A stretch of DNA of 63,988 nt, filler included, from Reclinomonas americana ATCC 50394 (GCA_048213135.1; 11 parts of 11 records of this genome joined end to end with filler, not necessarily neighbours in it), one strand, 5' to 3'. Counted from the whole stretch's first letter, positions 14,601-28,052 are shown. Notes: generated by a model not told the origin, from the sequence alone. A program made the numbers and translations.

Positions 14601-15437
14601 TCGGCGAGAGAGAGGAGGAGGAGGAAAGAGAAGGCGTGGTATCTCCGGTAAGATGACAGTTGGAGAAGAGCAAATAGTTGTTGTTGTGTGTGTCTATGGA
14701 CTCTGCTGTTTGTATTAGTAAAGTTGTTGTTGTTGTTGGTGGTGGTGGTGGTGGTGGTGTGCCGATGTGGAGAAAGAAATGTGTTTGTTGCCTCTCACCT
14801 CAATCGGTTGCAACGAGTGCAGCTTCGTGAGCAGCAGCACGTACGTTGGGTTGTCAGTGAACTGCATCACATGCAGCTCGGGCGAGCGCAGATTCATCCA
14901 TGCCACACCAATCTGCGGCCGACACAACGACGAGAGTAAGACGCAAAACCGAACAATCCGAACACGCCGGTATCGCAACTTCCTTGACGCGATTCTCGAT
15001 AATGGCAGCGATGATGTGCGTGGACTGTGGCGCGATACCCGCAAATCCACCGCCACTGCTGGATGGCACACCGCGGGGAGTGGTGGCGGCGGCGGACGAC
15101 GATCGGACACTCGATTCTGCAATTGAAGTCAGCAGCGGTTTCAATGAACGGACCGATTTCAAAGTGCACCAGTGCCTGCTCGAGATGCCTGCTGTTGTTG
15201 ATGTGGCTGCACAGTGAATGTGTCGTAGCGGGCACCAAAGAAGGTGGAGGAGGCTGATGAGGAGCTGGCATGTGTGGCCGGGGAACCGGCGAGAGCAGAG
15301 GTGGAGCCTGCGTGGCTGGAGGGACTGCTGCCGGGAGGGAGAACAGGGCGGCGAGTGCGGGAGGAGGGTGGAGGGAGTGGTTGTCGCTGGTGGCGAGGGG
15401 TGGGTGTGGCGAAGGAGGTGGCGCGAGGTGTGCTCAT
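11667..15437 (-). CDS. MSH4: Meiotic MutS homolog 4, multi-exon
   Basis: Low-complexity N-terminus with no mismatch-binding domain I, then [19 protein letters not shown]. ATPase motifs [57 protein letters not shown] and TLFATHY. The D-D-x-E-x-N-x-S segment is MSH4-type. Confidence 0.88.
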
Positions 15438-15969
15438 GAGAGGGCGAAGGGTGAAGGGTGGAAATGAAGAGGACACGATTTTGCGGGACGCGTTGTGTGT
15501 CAGTAGCTGCTTGTCTTGCAGCCGCATGAAGGACCATGGCCATATGCATCTTGAGAAAAGCTATGCGTCTATGCAGGTGCGTCAAATCCTCTCTTTTGTT
15601 CCAACCACACCACCAACTACGACGCCTTCCGGATTTCCATCACTATTGGAATATCACGGTTTCGTAAGTGAAAATACGATCGGAGTCTTCACACTTTCCT
15701 CTCGTTTTCTCTTTCTTTCCTGTTGAGGCTAGAAAAGAAACCAAGTGAACTCCCGTCATTGTGATTTGCTTTGCTTGCGCTTGCTTCACGGATCCGGACC
15801 CGGCTTTGCTATGTTTGCCGATGTGCCGTGTACGATCGCAGAAAACGCAATGCGTCTATGCAAGTGCGTCAAAGCCACTGGGCAACCACGCTTATGCGGT
15901 GAAGATCGCAGTTCTCGTAATAATAATAATAATAATAGAAACTTCACTGATCCATACACAACAATGAGC

Positions 15970-16290
15970 ACTTGTTCGGAGATCCGAGGGCGAACACACA
16001 CACAAGGAACCTGCTGCTGTCTCAAGACTGGTGTTTGTGTGGATCGGGTTGGACTTGGTCATCATACATCTTTTGCTTGTTGTAGGTGAGGGAATTGTTG
16101 GTGTGGTCATGCACATGCACTTGCGGTAGAGGCGCCTAGGTCGACGTCGATGCAGCTCCAGTTGCTTCGTCGAAATCAACCGACCGCACGCAAGAATCCT
16201 ATTCCCGCTGCAGACAAGCCTGTGCACGTGATAATGCTTCAAGACAGCTGTCGCTTGTTTGTTGGTGAACGAATTTGTTGTTGTCGGAAA
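15970..16290 (+). repeat. Dispersed intergenic repeat, copy 1
   Basis: cttgttcggagatccgagggcgaacacacacacaaggaacctgctgc...ctcaagactggtgtttgtgt and aagacagctgtcgcttgtttgttggtgaacgaatttgttgttgt match the 27620-27800 region by eye. Confidence 0.7.
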
Positions 16291-16532
16291 CAGATGGGCT
16301 GAAATACCGCGCGCAGCGGCGTCGATCACGCAGCGAGATGTCGATTTTCAATCGGAGCGAGTTGAGCAGAGAACATCGACCATTCCACCGCCCAAGTACG
16401 CCTCGCCGACCTGCAATCTCTGTCGGAAATGCAAAATTGCATTGACCGAAAAATTTCGCGCCAGTCGACCAATGCAGCGACCCCCAATATAAGAAACTCG
16501 GACACACACACACACACACACAACTCAGAGAA

Positions 16533-17962
16533 ATGGAAGAGCAACAACAACAAGCGCCCGAGGAAGAAGAACCGCCTCTCCTTCTCCCCCCGCAACCCGG
16601 GCGCGAAGTCGGCCACTACAAGGGCCACACCACCGTCGTCAACAGCCTCGCCGTGTGCACCTTCCCCGTGGCCTCACACACCACTCTCGTGGCCACTGCC
16701 TCGGGCGACAAAGTGCGCGTCTTTGACGCCGACTCCACCGAGCTCCTGTGCACACTGGAGGGCCACACACACACAGTGTTACACGTCCAATTCTCACCGC
16801 TGACTTTGGTGGTGCTCTTGGAGGAGGAGGATGAAGAAGAAGACAATGAGTGTGTGTTCTTGGCCAGTGCAGGTGGCTATCACGACCATCGTGTGTGCAT
16901 GTGGGAGCTGTCGCCGCAGAGAGGACAGGTGCGAGGGCGACTGGTGTGGTGTGGCGAGGGACAGCACACGAGCTCGGTCTACTGTTTGGTGTTTGCGCGA
17001 CGCGGACAGCTGCTCTTCAGTGGCTCCGATGACAAGACTGTGCGACAGTGGGATGCGCGCACTGGAGAGTGCATGCGCGTGCTGAAAGGACATGCGGATT
17101 GGGTGGGATCACTGGGTGTGGTGCGCGTTGGCGATGATGGCGATGATGAGTGGGTGTTGAGTGGGTCGGGCGATGGGACGGTGCGTGTGGTGCGTGTGGA
17201 GACGGGTGAGCGGTTGCGGGTGCTGCAGACGGGCGCCAAGGTGTACTCGTTGGCGGTGTCGCCGGATGGTGCGACGCTGGTCACCGGCCACCACGATGGC
17301 ACCATTCAGATGTGGCTGCTGGATACGTGCACGGTCGCGCAGGTGTTTGAGGGGCACACGCGATGGGTGAATGGTCTGCGCTTCTCCGCCGATGGGTGCC
17401 AGTTGATCAGTGCCTCGCAAGGTGTGTGTGTGTGTGTGTGTCCACAGAGAGAGACTTTGTCTTGTTCGTTGCTCATGACCGTGCGCACAGACTGCACTGT
17501 GCGCGTTTGGAACGTGGACACGGCGCAAACGGTCGGCGTGCTCACCTCGCACTCGGGGTACGTGCGCGCGGCAGCGTTCATTCCCGACGGGCGGGTGGTG
17601 ACATGCTCGTACGACAAGACGGCGCGCTTGTGGGAGCCTCGTTGCGTGACCGTCGCGCTGGCGATCATTGATGGTGCCGAGTGTTTGCTGATTCGTGTGT
17701 TGCCGCAGTGTGGTCCGCGCGGTTCCTCCTCTACAAGGAGTGGCAGGCGGCGCAGGCAAGCATCGAGGCGCTGTCATCGATGCCGAAAGAAGCCGGCGAT
17801 GACGGCGACGACGACGAAAACGGCGACGATGGCGGTGGCGGTGAAGAAGAAGCTGAGCAAGAGGTCGGTGTTGAGGTGTCAGACCCGCTACCGCGATTAG
17901 TGCTGCGCTGCTTTGTGCGCGAGGAGGCGCGTTTGTTATGGCTGCGTTCGCCGGCGACGTGA
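16533..17962 (+). CDS. WD40-repeat protein with RCF-motif C-terminal tail (3 exons)
   Basis: Multiple GH...WD repeats (SGSDDKTVRQWD, LKGHADWV). Introns 17422-17490 and 17641-17708. Tail LPRLVLRCFVREEA. Confidence 0.85.
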
Positions 17963-18735
17963 TTTTTTTGTGGTAAAGGAGAGACTGTTTTGCAGTGGAG
18001 CAGAGGGTGAAGGTAACGTGCTCTTCAAGTGCAATCCTCAGTTCGCGCCACGTGGGTAGGCACACCCTTCCATGCCACTTACGCCGAGGTCGACGTGACG
18101 TAGCGCAGGTTGGACGGCAGCGTTGTGGGACCGAAGTCGATTGGCTCGGGCTGGTCAGGGAGCCGCTCCAGGCTGTGGCCGTGGCCGAGCGGTTGACCTG
18201 CGGCTCGGTCCACACGTTGATGGTGACTCGCGACCGATGTCTCGCTTTGCTGTGTCCAGTGCGTGGCAGAGAGGCGCATGACCTTTCGCAGGCTTGTCGC
18301 TGGATATTGATACCAAGGCAGGCAAGCATGTAAGGAGCCTCGTGCTTGGCCGCTGTGGCCCTTCCATAGCCGGCGCTGGTGAATACCGGGAATTGCAATT
18401 GTGTGTCCCGGATTCGGATTTGATGAGGGAGCTCAACATGCATGCATGCGATGGCCAGCGGATAGCTCTTTCCTCCACATCCACTTGCGTCACAGACACG
18501 AGGAATGGTGTGCGACGCGGAGCAACAAGGAGGGTTTGTCCGAAAATTTGCAACTTCGCAACTTCCAGCGCTGCAGCACTCCCCAGCGCTCACGCAAGAA
18601 AGAGAGACACGCACGGCTGCAAGACAGATGCCACCCTCCGCCAACCAACGTCGACACACGCGCACACAAGAATGAAAAACTCGACGTCGCGCGGCTCTCT
18701 CTCCATTTCTGTCCGAGACTCGTCGTGTGCAAATC

Positions 18736-20737
18736 ATGAGCACACCTCCGCCTCTTTCCAGAACCCCCAGTGACACATCACCCAGCACACCCTCTCCCAC
18801 TGTGCGACAACGACGCGTCTCTTGGGAGGTCCCCGCCGACGAAAAATCACTTCCAGTCACCACCACAACAACAATGACAGAAGAGATCACAGTCGTGGAC
18901 GAAGAGGAAGAGGAAGAAGAGGAAGGCACAGAGTGGCTGGAATCTCCACCTGTCGTGCAACAGGCCAGCAACGAGCTGCATCCACTCATTCGACTGGAGG
19001 CCATGCTGGTGATGACTGTGGTGGGGGTGAGCTCGGCAATCATGTTGTGGTTGTTGGGACCGGCGTGGTGGTGGATGGCGGCGTGGGTTGCCCTGGTTAC
19101 CAGTGGTGTGACGATTTTTCGGCGGGCTGCCGGCGGCAGGTTGCCGTGGTGGCATTGGCGAGCGTGGTTGAGGTTTACGAGGGTGCGTTTTTTTTGGTGT
19201 TGTTTTCATGGGGGTTTTTGCTGTTTTCCATGGGGGCTTGCCTCGTGGTGGCTCTCGTCCTCTGCTTTGCTCTTGTTGACTGGAAGGCTTCGTCGGTGAT
19301 GTTCCTCATGATCGATCTCTTTGCCTGTTTGCTTGCTTCTCTGGTGGCCCTCGTCCTTTGCCTCCACTCTCCCACTTCTTCTCCTGCTCTTGTTGACTTG
19401 GGAGGCTTGTTTGGTGCCGTTTTCATGAGATTGTTCTCATGCGCTTGCCTCTCGTTCTCTGCTTCCATCGTCTGACTTGGCATGCGTGATGTTCTGTTGG
19501 CTTCCTCTCATGATCGATCTCTTTGCCTGTTTGCTTGCTTCTCTGGGCGGCCCTCGTCCTTTGCTCCCACCCTCCCCCGTCTTCTCCTGCTCTTGTTTGG
19601 TGCTGTTTTCATGGGGTTGTTCTCATGCGCTTGCCTGGTGGCTCTCGTTCTCTGCTTCCATCGTCCGACTTGGAAGGCTTCGTCGGTGATGTTCTGTTGG
19701 TTTGCTCTCACGATCGATCTCTTTGCCTTGATCCTCACTTACTCCACCAATCTGTTGATCCTCCTCCTTTGCGCCCACCCTCTCACTTCGTCTCCTGCTC
19801 TTGTTGGTTTGGTACTGTTCTGTTGGCTTGCTTTCCTCTGGTCGCCCCGATCATCACGTGCGCCACCTGTTTGCTTTTCCTGGTTGTCCGCCTTCTTCCT
19901 TTCTTTCATCTCGCTAATTCTAATGCCACCCTCGCACGTCTCTCTCCTCCTTTATCCCCATTGATCCATTCTCACATCCTTTGCCTCTTTCACCTCCCTT
20001 TGTTGCCCGCATCGCAGATATCCACCTCGCTCTCCCAAAAAGACTTCCCCACACCCGCACGACGCCTGGCCTACATTGCCATGCTGGCCTGCGCGTGCCT
20101 CTGCGAAGTGATTTTCATCAACCACTTCTCGCTCTTCCTCGTGTTCGGCACAGTCGACTTGCTGGTCTTCTCCACGTGGGTCCGCTGCGACAGGCGACTG
20201 TACCTGTCGTACATTGGCTTCAAGAGTGTCACATCGCCGATTCACGCCTACATTCTCGGCTGTTCGTGGGACGTGGCCATGGCTGTGGCCGTGATTCACT
20301 CGCTCACCGCATTGCGCTCAGTGGTGCGTGTTTTGTATGCTGGTCTGCGCTCTCCCCTCCCTTGCTGATAATGTCGATATCTCGATAGAACACCTTCCTG
20401 GAAATCTCGGAGACCGTCTCCAAGCTCGACGTCACCGTCAACGCACTGGAGCAGGCCAGTGTCGGCACTCGCCTCTCGCTGGAGAAACTGGACCAGACCA
20501 ATGCGCTGCTGCAAGAAAAGGCAACAGCGCTGGAGCAGGCGGTCATGGACAAGGACACCTTCTTGTCCAAGTGTTCTCGTTGCGTAGATTTGGCGTACGT
20601 CAGGAGTCGCCTGCTCACATCGTTGTCTCATTGGTGCACTCCAACCAAATAGACGAGCTGAGGCAGCCGTGTTTCGGCATTTTGGCCTCGTTGGAGGCGT
20701 ACTCGGAGTCGGTGAACAACCCACTCTCCAACCATGA
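18736..20737 (+). CDS. Multi-pass membrane sensor histidine kinase (HisKA; 3' part lost in the gap)
   Basis: Hydrophobic helices, then a coiled coil and KDTFLSKCS-H-ELRQPCFGILASLE, a HisKA H-box. The His codon is split C|AC by intron 20579-20652. Confidence 0.75.
19200..19830 (+). repeat. ~200-bp degenerate tandem repeat (3 units) in intron 1 of the histidine kinase
   Basis: gatcgatctctttgcct recurs at ~19310, 19512 and 19712, with matching flanks (ggaaggcttcgtcggtgatgttc). Confidence 0.75.
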
Positions 20738-21152
20738 GTGTGTGCGCGGTGCGTGGTGGTTGCATCACATAATATGCGAATGTGCATGTTGCACTCGAGA
20801 TTTCTTGCTGTATCACTCCTCCTGCCTTCTTCCCCCCCTTCGGTCTTCCATCCCTTCCGTCTTCCCCCCCTTCGGTCTTCCCCCCCTTCGGTCTTCCCCA
20901 CCTTCGGTCTNNNNNNNNNNNNNNNNNNNNNNNNNNNNNNNNNNNNNNNNNNNNTTAATTAATTAANNNNNNNNNNNNNNNNNNNNNNNNNNNNNNNNNN
21001 NNNNNNNNNNATGGAGTGGTCCCTTTTTTTCCGAGGCGTCGCATGTTGGGACGCTTCTTACTCGAGTTTGTTGTTGTGTGAGCCAAGGCACACACACACG
21101 CACGCACGCACACCTGCACACGAAACCGTTAGTGGTCCCTGTTTTCGTTCAC

Positions 21153-22966
21153 ATGAGCAGCAATCCACCGTCGCCGTCGAGCTTCTCCGCCAGTTTGTGC
21201 TCGTGCGGATGCTCTGCAACTTCGACGCCCGAGCACTCGCCTGTGGCGTCGCCGCGAGCCAAGGAACTGTGGCGCAGTCATAGCTCGTCGACCCCGTGCA
21301 GCGACGAGGAGGGCTGCAGCAGTGGTTCCTCTGCCGGCGCCACCACCCCACTGTCGGTCATGTCGCCGACCGATCCCGGTGCGGTGGTCGAGCGCCAGTC
21401 TCCACTCGAGCTCATTGTTGCGTGTCGAGACAGGCAAGCAAGAGGCGACACAGAACCTGCAGTCTGACTCGCCGCTGTGCTTTGCAGGGTGTGTTCAAGG
21501 GTCATCGCGGTCCAATCACCACCATTGACGCGCATCCGGCGGACTCGTCGGTGCTGGCCACCGGTTCCATGGACTGCTGCGTGCGCATCTGGTACTCGCG
21601 CGAGATGCTGGCCAGTCGCGACTCGTCGTCGTTTGTCTCCAATGTACCGCAAGTCGGTCACGAGTTCGCGCCCGCCGACGGCTGCGAGAGCCTCACCTTG
21701 GAGGGCCACGAGGCGGTCATCAACTCGGTGTCGTTCTTCCAGCCCGATGGTCGGTTCCTCTGCTCCACCTCCAACGATGGCACTGTGCGGTGAGTGCACA
21801 GAGGCAGAAGCATCGTCTCTCACTCATCATTCTCACCTCGTCGACATCAACAGTGTGTGGGACTGCTCGGACGGCCACTGCGTGTTTGTTCTGGAGGGTC
21901 ACAACTGCAAGGTACATGCCCTCCTTATTCTCCCGTCCCTCTCCTCCTCTAACACACGCCCCTCCCTTCATGAATACAGGTTCTGTGCGCCAAGGCCTCG
22001 AAAGTCCAAGTGTCCAACACTGTGCTGGCGTCGGCCGACGAGCGCGGTCAGCTGATGGTGTGGGGTCCGCGTGCCTCACTCGTGGGCCACAACCGCCTGC
22101 TGTTCTCGTGCTGCCCGCACTCGGCCGCCATCAACGACCTGGCCTTCTCGCCCGACGGCTCCCGCCTCGTCACCGCGTCAATGGACGGCACCGCCTGCGT
22201 GCACAACCTCACACTGTCGCCGAAATTCACGCACACGGTGATGCAACGGCTGCAGCACACGGCCATTGGCGCCGACGAGCACCACATCCAAGTCATCAGC
22301 GCCGCGTTTTGCCACGACGGCAGCCGTCTGGCCACCCTGGCCTCGGACGCCCGCGTCTGTGTGTGGAACATTGCGCGCAAGAAGATGGTCGAGTACTGGG
22401 AGGCGCCGGCCGACTCCACCTTTGTGGCGTGGCGCCCGACCCCGTCCGGTCACTTTTTGGTCGGCGGCGGCAAGTCGGCGCACATTATCGACTCGGACAA
22501 GGCGCTGCAGGCGGAGATGCCGCGTCTGCACGCCGGCATTATCACGTCGGGTGCGTGGACCAACGACGGCAGCATGTGCCTGCTGGCCACCAGTGACCGC
22601 GAGGTGCAATTGTTCCTCGACATTCCGGCGGCCCTCGAGGCCCAGCAGCGCGTCCTCGACTCGAAGATGCTCATGCTGCCGGTGAGCGTGTCGTCGGCCG
22701 AGGACATGACGACCACGCGCGCCATGCCGACGGCGACGCGCACGGCACGCAAGTCGCCGTCGCCACCGGTGGCTACAACGGCAATAACAGCACGCAAGCA
22801 ACAACATCTGCACGCCGCCGCCGCGGCGGCATCCGCACACCACCAACAGCCGCGACGAAACCGCACCGGCGCGCTGGCCAAGTCCCGCTCCCCCCTCTTT
22901 ATGCAGGCGTTGCGGGCAGTCGGCGCCGAAGCCGTTCCACTGCCCGCACCGCTCCACCACTGCTGA
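21153..22966 (+). CDS. WD40-repeat protein (Ser-rich N-terminus, 4 exons)
   Basis: FKGHRGPITTIDAHP...ATGSMDCCVRIW, LEGHEAVINSVSF, HSAAINDLAFSPDGSRLVTASMDG. Lacks the RCF tail. Confidence 0.8.
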
Positions 22967-23259
22967 ACAAGGAGGGTGTATGTGCACATGAGGGAAAGGA
23001 GGGAAAGGGAAGGTTAAGGGAGGCGCGGTGGTGGTATGTTTTGCATGGGAAGAAATGTATGTTTGCGATGTCAATGAAGCTTAGGGGAAGGGAGATGAGG
23101 GGAAGGGAGAAGAAAGGGGAGAAAGGGAAAGGAGAAGGAGGGGAAGGGGAAGGGGAAGGGGAAGAGGGGGCAGGTAGGGAGAAGGAGGGGGAAGGAGGAG
23201 AAGGAGGAACAGTGTACGTTTTGAGACTGAGACAAGTCAATCCGGGCAACGCAGCGGCA

Positions 23260-24320
23260 AAGCAAAGCCACCACGCACTCGCGAAAATCAGAGTGCAAGG
23301 GGAGAGAAGAATGGAAGGATGGTGGGAGATCAGCTAACCTGTCATCGGCGCGCGACGTATCAAACGCATGAGCATGCAGAGGGAAAAGGACGTGGAGTGT
23401 GCAGAGATAAGTCAGTCCTTATGCATCGAAAGGGAAAGGGGAGAGGGGAAAGGAAGGGGAAGGGAGAAGAATAAGACGGGAGGAAGAAAGGAGAGAAAGA
23501 GGCGGCGGCATTGTGCAAGGATCGTCAGCCCAAGCATAAAGCGAGGACGACGCGTGATTTATGAACAAAGAGGGGGAAGGGAGGAGAGAGGTGAGAAGGA
23601 GAGAGATATGCTGACCCACAATGCGTGCATGGATAATTGATGGCATGCGCAAGCAGAGAGAGAAAAGAGTAAGAGAAGGAGGAGGAGGGAAGGGGAAGTC
23701 GGAGGAATGGCGAATGTGTGTGAATGAACTGAGTCATTCCATAGCAAAGCTGATGAAGAGGAGAAGGGAGAGAAGGGAGCAAAAGGAGGAGAGGAAAGAC
23801 AGGAAGCGTGGAGTGTTTTCGTGACTGAAAGGTGGCCAGTCCGAGTACGCAGCAGCAATCGTGTGGAATATCAAAGTAGGCGAGGAGAAGGGAGGGAGAT
23901 GGAAGAAAAGGAGGAAGGGGGAGGAGAAGGAATGGTGCATGTTTGTGAATGAAACAAATCAAGCCAAGAACATAACAGTGAAGCTGACGAAGAGGAGAAG
24001 GGGGAGATGGAGGAGAAGGGGGAAGGGGGAGGAAGAGGAATGGTGCATATTTGTGAATGGAAACAAGTCCGTCCGAACACATCAAGTACTTGTGAAACAC
24101 TGAAGAAGAGAAGGGGGAGTAGGGAGCAAAAGGAGGAGGAGGAGGAATGGTGCATGTTTGTGAATGAAACAAGTCCGTCCGAGCACACCACGCACTCGCG
24201 AAAATCCAAGGGGAAGAGAAAAAAGAATGAAGTCTTGGTGGAGGATCTGTTGCCCCATCATCCGCGTGCGACATATACAAGGCATGAGCATACAAAGGGA
24301 AGAAAGGAGTGCAGTATCGC
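23260..24320 (+). repeat. Purine-rich degenerate repeat region
   Basis: Variants of ggaggaatggtgcatgtttgtgaatgaaacaa at ~23701, 23928, 24036 and 24142; ccacgcactcgcgaaaatc at ~23270 and 24188. Confidence 0.7.
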
Positions 24321-24472
24321 GAATGAAATCTGTCAGTGGCGTGGCCAAGCCACAACACATGCGAGAAACATCGAGGTGTGGTATTCTGCAAATGAAAATC
24401 TACTCACTACGAGCTTACTCCACCAAACACTGTTCACTCTACACAATCACACACTACTCTTATCCCCACCGA

Positions 24473-26643
24473 TCATGCCTTCTTGTGGTCATACTTGAGG
24501 GCCCGCAAGCCCATCACCTCGCCCACATTCGACTGCACTAACCGCTCACTGTACCAGTGGTAGAGAATGGCGACAGGTGCCAGGAACGCTCCCACCGGAT
24601 ACAGTGGATTCGAGGTCGGTCGCGCGCACACGTAGAGCACGCACTCGGCGAGGGCCAGCGGCAGTGCGACAAAGATGACCAGTGTCCGCGGCACGTCGCT
24701 CATCATGAAACGCAGCGAGCGCACGAGCAGCGCAATCAAGTCCGGTCGTTGGTGTTGTTGTTGCTGCTGTCGCTCCTCCGCCTCCGACGACGACGATGCC
24801 TGTCGTTTGACCGAGGCCGAGGTGGGAGTCGTCGGCAAACACGAGGCCATTTCACGCTCGACGGCGGCGTGCACGCCTGCGGCGCAGGTCGGGAAGAAGG
24901 CGAACTGGGGAGGCATTTGGTGAGCAGGAGATGGAGAAGAGAGATGTGTGTGTGTGTGTGTGTGTGTGGGCGTGTAAATACCTTGGCCAGCGACAAGAGG
25001 CCAGTGACAAAGAGCGCGCAGGCGGCGAGCGGTGCCGACCAGGTGTTGAAGGCAAAGTAGGCGGCGGAGAAGGTGGCGAAGGCGAAGATGCACTGTAGGG
25101 GGGAGAAGGGTAAGGGTGAGAGAGGGGGAAGGGTGGGAGAGGGGGAAGGGTGAGAGAGGGGGAAGGGTGGGAGAGGGGAAGGAGGAGAGAGGGGGAAGGG
25201 AAGGGTGAGAGGAGAGAGAAAGAGAAAGAGAAAGAGAGAGAGGAATGAATGAGGAAGAGGAGAAAGGCAGAGAGGGAGAGAGAAGGAGGGAGAGGAGAGC
25301 AAGGAGAGAGAAAAGAGAAAGGCAGAGATAAGAGAAAGGCAGAGAAAAGAGAAAGGCAGAGAGTATAAGAGTGAGTGAAGAAGAGGAAAGGAGAGAGTAG
25401 GTCGGGAGAGGGCGAGGGAGAGGGAGGGAAAAGAAATGCTGAGAGAAAGGAAGGAGGGAAAGGGAGAGAGTGTGAGAGGGAAGAGAAAGGCAGAAAGAGG
25501 GAGAGAAGGAGGCAGGCAGACAGACAGAGAGAGAGAAGAAGAAGAAGAACAACGACTTCAAGAACAAGAAGAAGAAGAAGAGGGCGAGGGCGAGGGAGAG
25601 GGAAGAGAATGTCCGAGAGAGCGGGAGGAGCGAGAGAGAATGAATGAGGAAGAGGAGAGAGGAGAGGAGAGAGAAACTGAGAAGGGCGATAGAGTGTGCA
25701 AGAGTGAGGGAGAGTGAGCAAGGAAGAGAAAAGCTGAGAGAGAGATAAAAAGAAGAAGAAGAAAGCGAGGAGAGGGACGAGAACGCCCGAGAGAGAGGGA
25801 GGAGGGAGAGAGAATGAATGAGGAAGAGGAGAAGGGCGAGTAAGTGAAGAAGAGGAAAAGGAAGCAAGGAACAGAGCAAAAGAGGAAGTAGAACAGTCAA
25901 GGTAGGCAGTCAGAAGGGACGAAAGAGAGAGAGGGAGAGAGAAGGAGGAGGGACAGAGAGAGGGAGGGAGAATGAGGAGAGGGGAAGGGAAGAGAGAAGG
26001 ACAAGGGAGAAGGAAGACAAAGGCTGAGAGAGAGAGGAGGCAGACAGATAGAGAGCAAGGAAGAAGGCAACAAGAAGAAGAAGAAGCAGAGTGAGGGAGA
26101 GAGACGAGAGACGAGAATGACAGAGATAGAGAAGGAGAGAGTGTGTGAGAGAGAGACACGGAGAAGAGAGAGAGTATGAGAAAGAGACGAAGAGAGTGTG
26201 TGAAAAGGGCGAGAGAGTGAGAGAGATTGCACTGACACTGGGAGAGAGAGACAGAGACACACACACAGAGAGAGAGAGAGAGAGACGGAGAGAGAGAGAG
26301 TGAATGAGAGGCATGTGCATGAAGAGCAAGTGAGAGAGAGAGAGAGTGTGTGTGTATGCATGTGCGCATCAAAGTCTCACAGTGAGTGCACACACACCCG
26401 ATGTATGATGGCAAAGTAATCGGCTTGTTTGGCCAAGTTGAGAATGACCTTGTCTTGCTCTGTGTGTTGTTGCCAGGCGACGACACATGTCAGTGTGAGG
26501 AAAAATACACTCCTCTCTCTCTCACACACACACACACACACTCAGTGGTGACCTTCACTGTCCAAGTACTGCTCCTCTTGCTCCTCAGTGGACCCACTGG
26601 CGTCGTCCAGCATGGCCCCACGCTGTCGCATGGTTGCGCTCAT
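24473..26643 (-). CDS. Small multi-pass membrane protein of unknown function (4 exons)
   Basis: MSATMRQR...QYLDSE|EQDKVILNLAKQADYFAIIHR|CIFAFATF...LAK|FAFF...VGEVMGLRALKYDHKKA-stop. All junctions are in frame and one intron is a ~1.3-kb CT-rich stretch. Confidence 0.7.
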
Positions 26644-26714
26644 TGACGACAAGCAAAAACAATGAAATGTCCTGTGTGTCACTTGCAGTTCGTTAGCAGA
26701 CGACGCTTGTTGCT

Positions 26715-27175
26715 GCGTGAGACTGTGAGGACTGTTACCTCTATAGGTGGTGCGCATTCTCCTGCCGACAGGCGCACGACCACACCATGCAAAACGAAGT
26801 TGAAGTCTGTTCGTTTCCGCCGGTTCTGCAGAAACACGACAACCTGCGACACCAACAGCGATTGTGTTGGTCGTGACTATGCGACATGTTGCCTCTATAG
26901 TTGTGCGCGTTCTCCTACGACAGGCGCACACCCACGCCATGCAAAACGAAGTTGAAGTGTGTTCGCTTCCGCTGGTTTTCTGCAGACACACGACAACCGG
27001 CGACACTAACAGCGACTGTGCTGGTCGTGACTATGCGACGTGTTGCCTCTACAGTTATGTGAGTTCTCCTCCTGTCGACAGGCGCGCGCCTACACCACGC
27101 CAAACGAAGTTGAAGTTTCCGCAAGTTTCTGCAGAAACGACCTGTGCACTTGTGACACCAACAGCGACTGTGCCG
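26715..27175 (+). repeat. ~155-bp tandem array (about 3 units)
   Basis: cgacaggcgc at 26766, 26918 and 27076, each followed by aaacgaagttgaag...tctgcaga...cgacac(c/t)aacagcga. Confidence 0.85.
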
Positions 27176-27619
27176 ATCTAAACAATAGTCCGGCTGCGTA
27201 GTAGTCGCCATGGTGAGTGAGTATCGTGGCCAGACGCTGGGACAGCGCAGAAGCAGCACGAGGGACGGCGACGGTCGCGATCGAAGGGTGTTGTCGTTCT
27301 GGAAAGAAAGGAAACCACGGCTCGTGCCAAGCGTGGGGCGACAACAGGTCACTCGCCAACAAATAAGCAACTGCAGCTGTGCTGTGTGTCAACTCATTCA
27401 CCATTGTTGATGGCAGCAGCGCTGCAGGGGCTGGTTTCGTGTGCGTTCGAACTCGGAACTTTTAAATTTGAGCTGCATCGCTGCAGCTGCGCATGACAGC
27501 GTGGTTGAATAGCGAACTTGATAAGACACTCCAGCGTTGTCTGCAGTTCAACTTGGTACGTTCAATCCTCGATGAAGCCGTGGTTTCTCTCGCAAAAACG
27601 CATGTCAAGCGATTTTCTC

Positions 27620-27800
27620 GACTTGTTAGGAGCTCCGCGAGCGAACACACACACACAAAGAACTTGCTGCCTCAAGATTGGTGTTTGTGTTGATGTTTTG
27701 GATACGGTTGAACTTGGTCATCAAGACAGCTGTTTGCTTGTTTGTCGGTGAATGAATTTGTTGTTGTTGAAATGTGGTGAATGAAGTGTTTTTTCGACCT
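27620..27800 (+). repeat. Dispersed intergenic repeat, copy 2
   Basis: Matches both 15970-16290 and 29890-30070 (aatgtggtgaatgaagtgtttt; gtgttgatgtttt...ggtcatcaagaca). Confidence 0.7.
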
Positions 27801-28052
27801 TTTCTCGCGATCGTATAGTGCCCGAGACGTCTCCGTTTCACGTGCTCGCCCAAGATGGTGATCACCATACAGCTGAGTTGCTGTTTGAACGAGTTCAGAT
27901 GTTGTTGGACCAAAGCTTTAAAGCCAGGCAGACAAAGGAAAACCGGGTCCGCATTTGCGAAACAGCAGGCGCGAGGAACAATCTTGCAGCACCTCAGCGA
28001 CACTATTTTCACTGCACACATTCGCCACTATGCTTCTCTTTCTTCGCCGTCA

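Noticed and set aside
17109..19043. 644-aa minus-strand ORF
   Set aside because: Antisense shadow of the WD40 and kinase genes in GC-rich DNA, with no coherent domain.
24852..26486. Long Ser/Leu/Pro/Phe-rich ORFs here and at 159-962, 30057-30923 and 41845-42417
   Set aside because: Translations of CT/GA simple-sequence introns that lack stops by composition.
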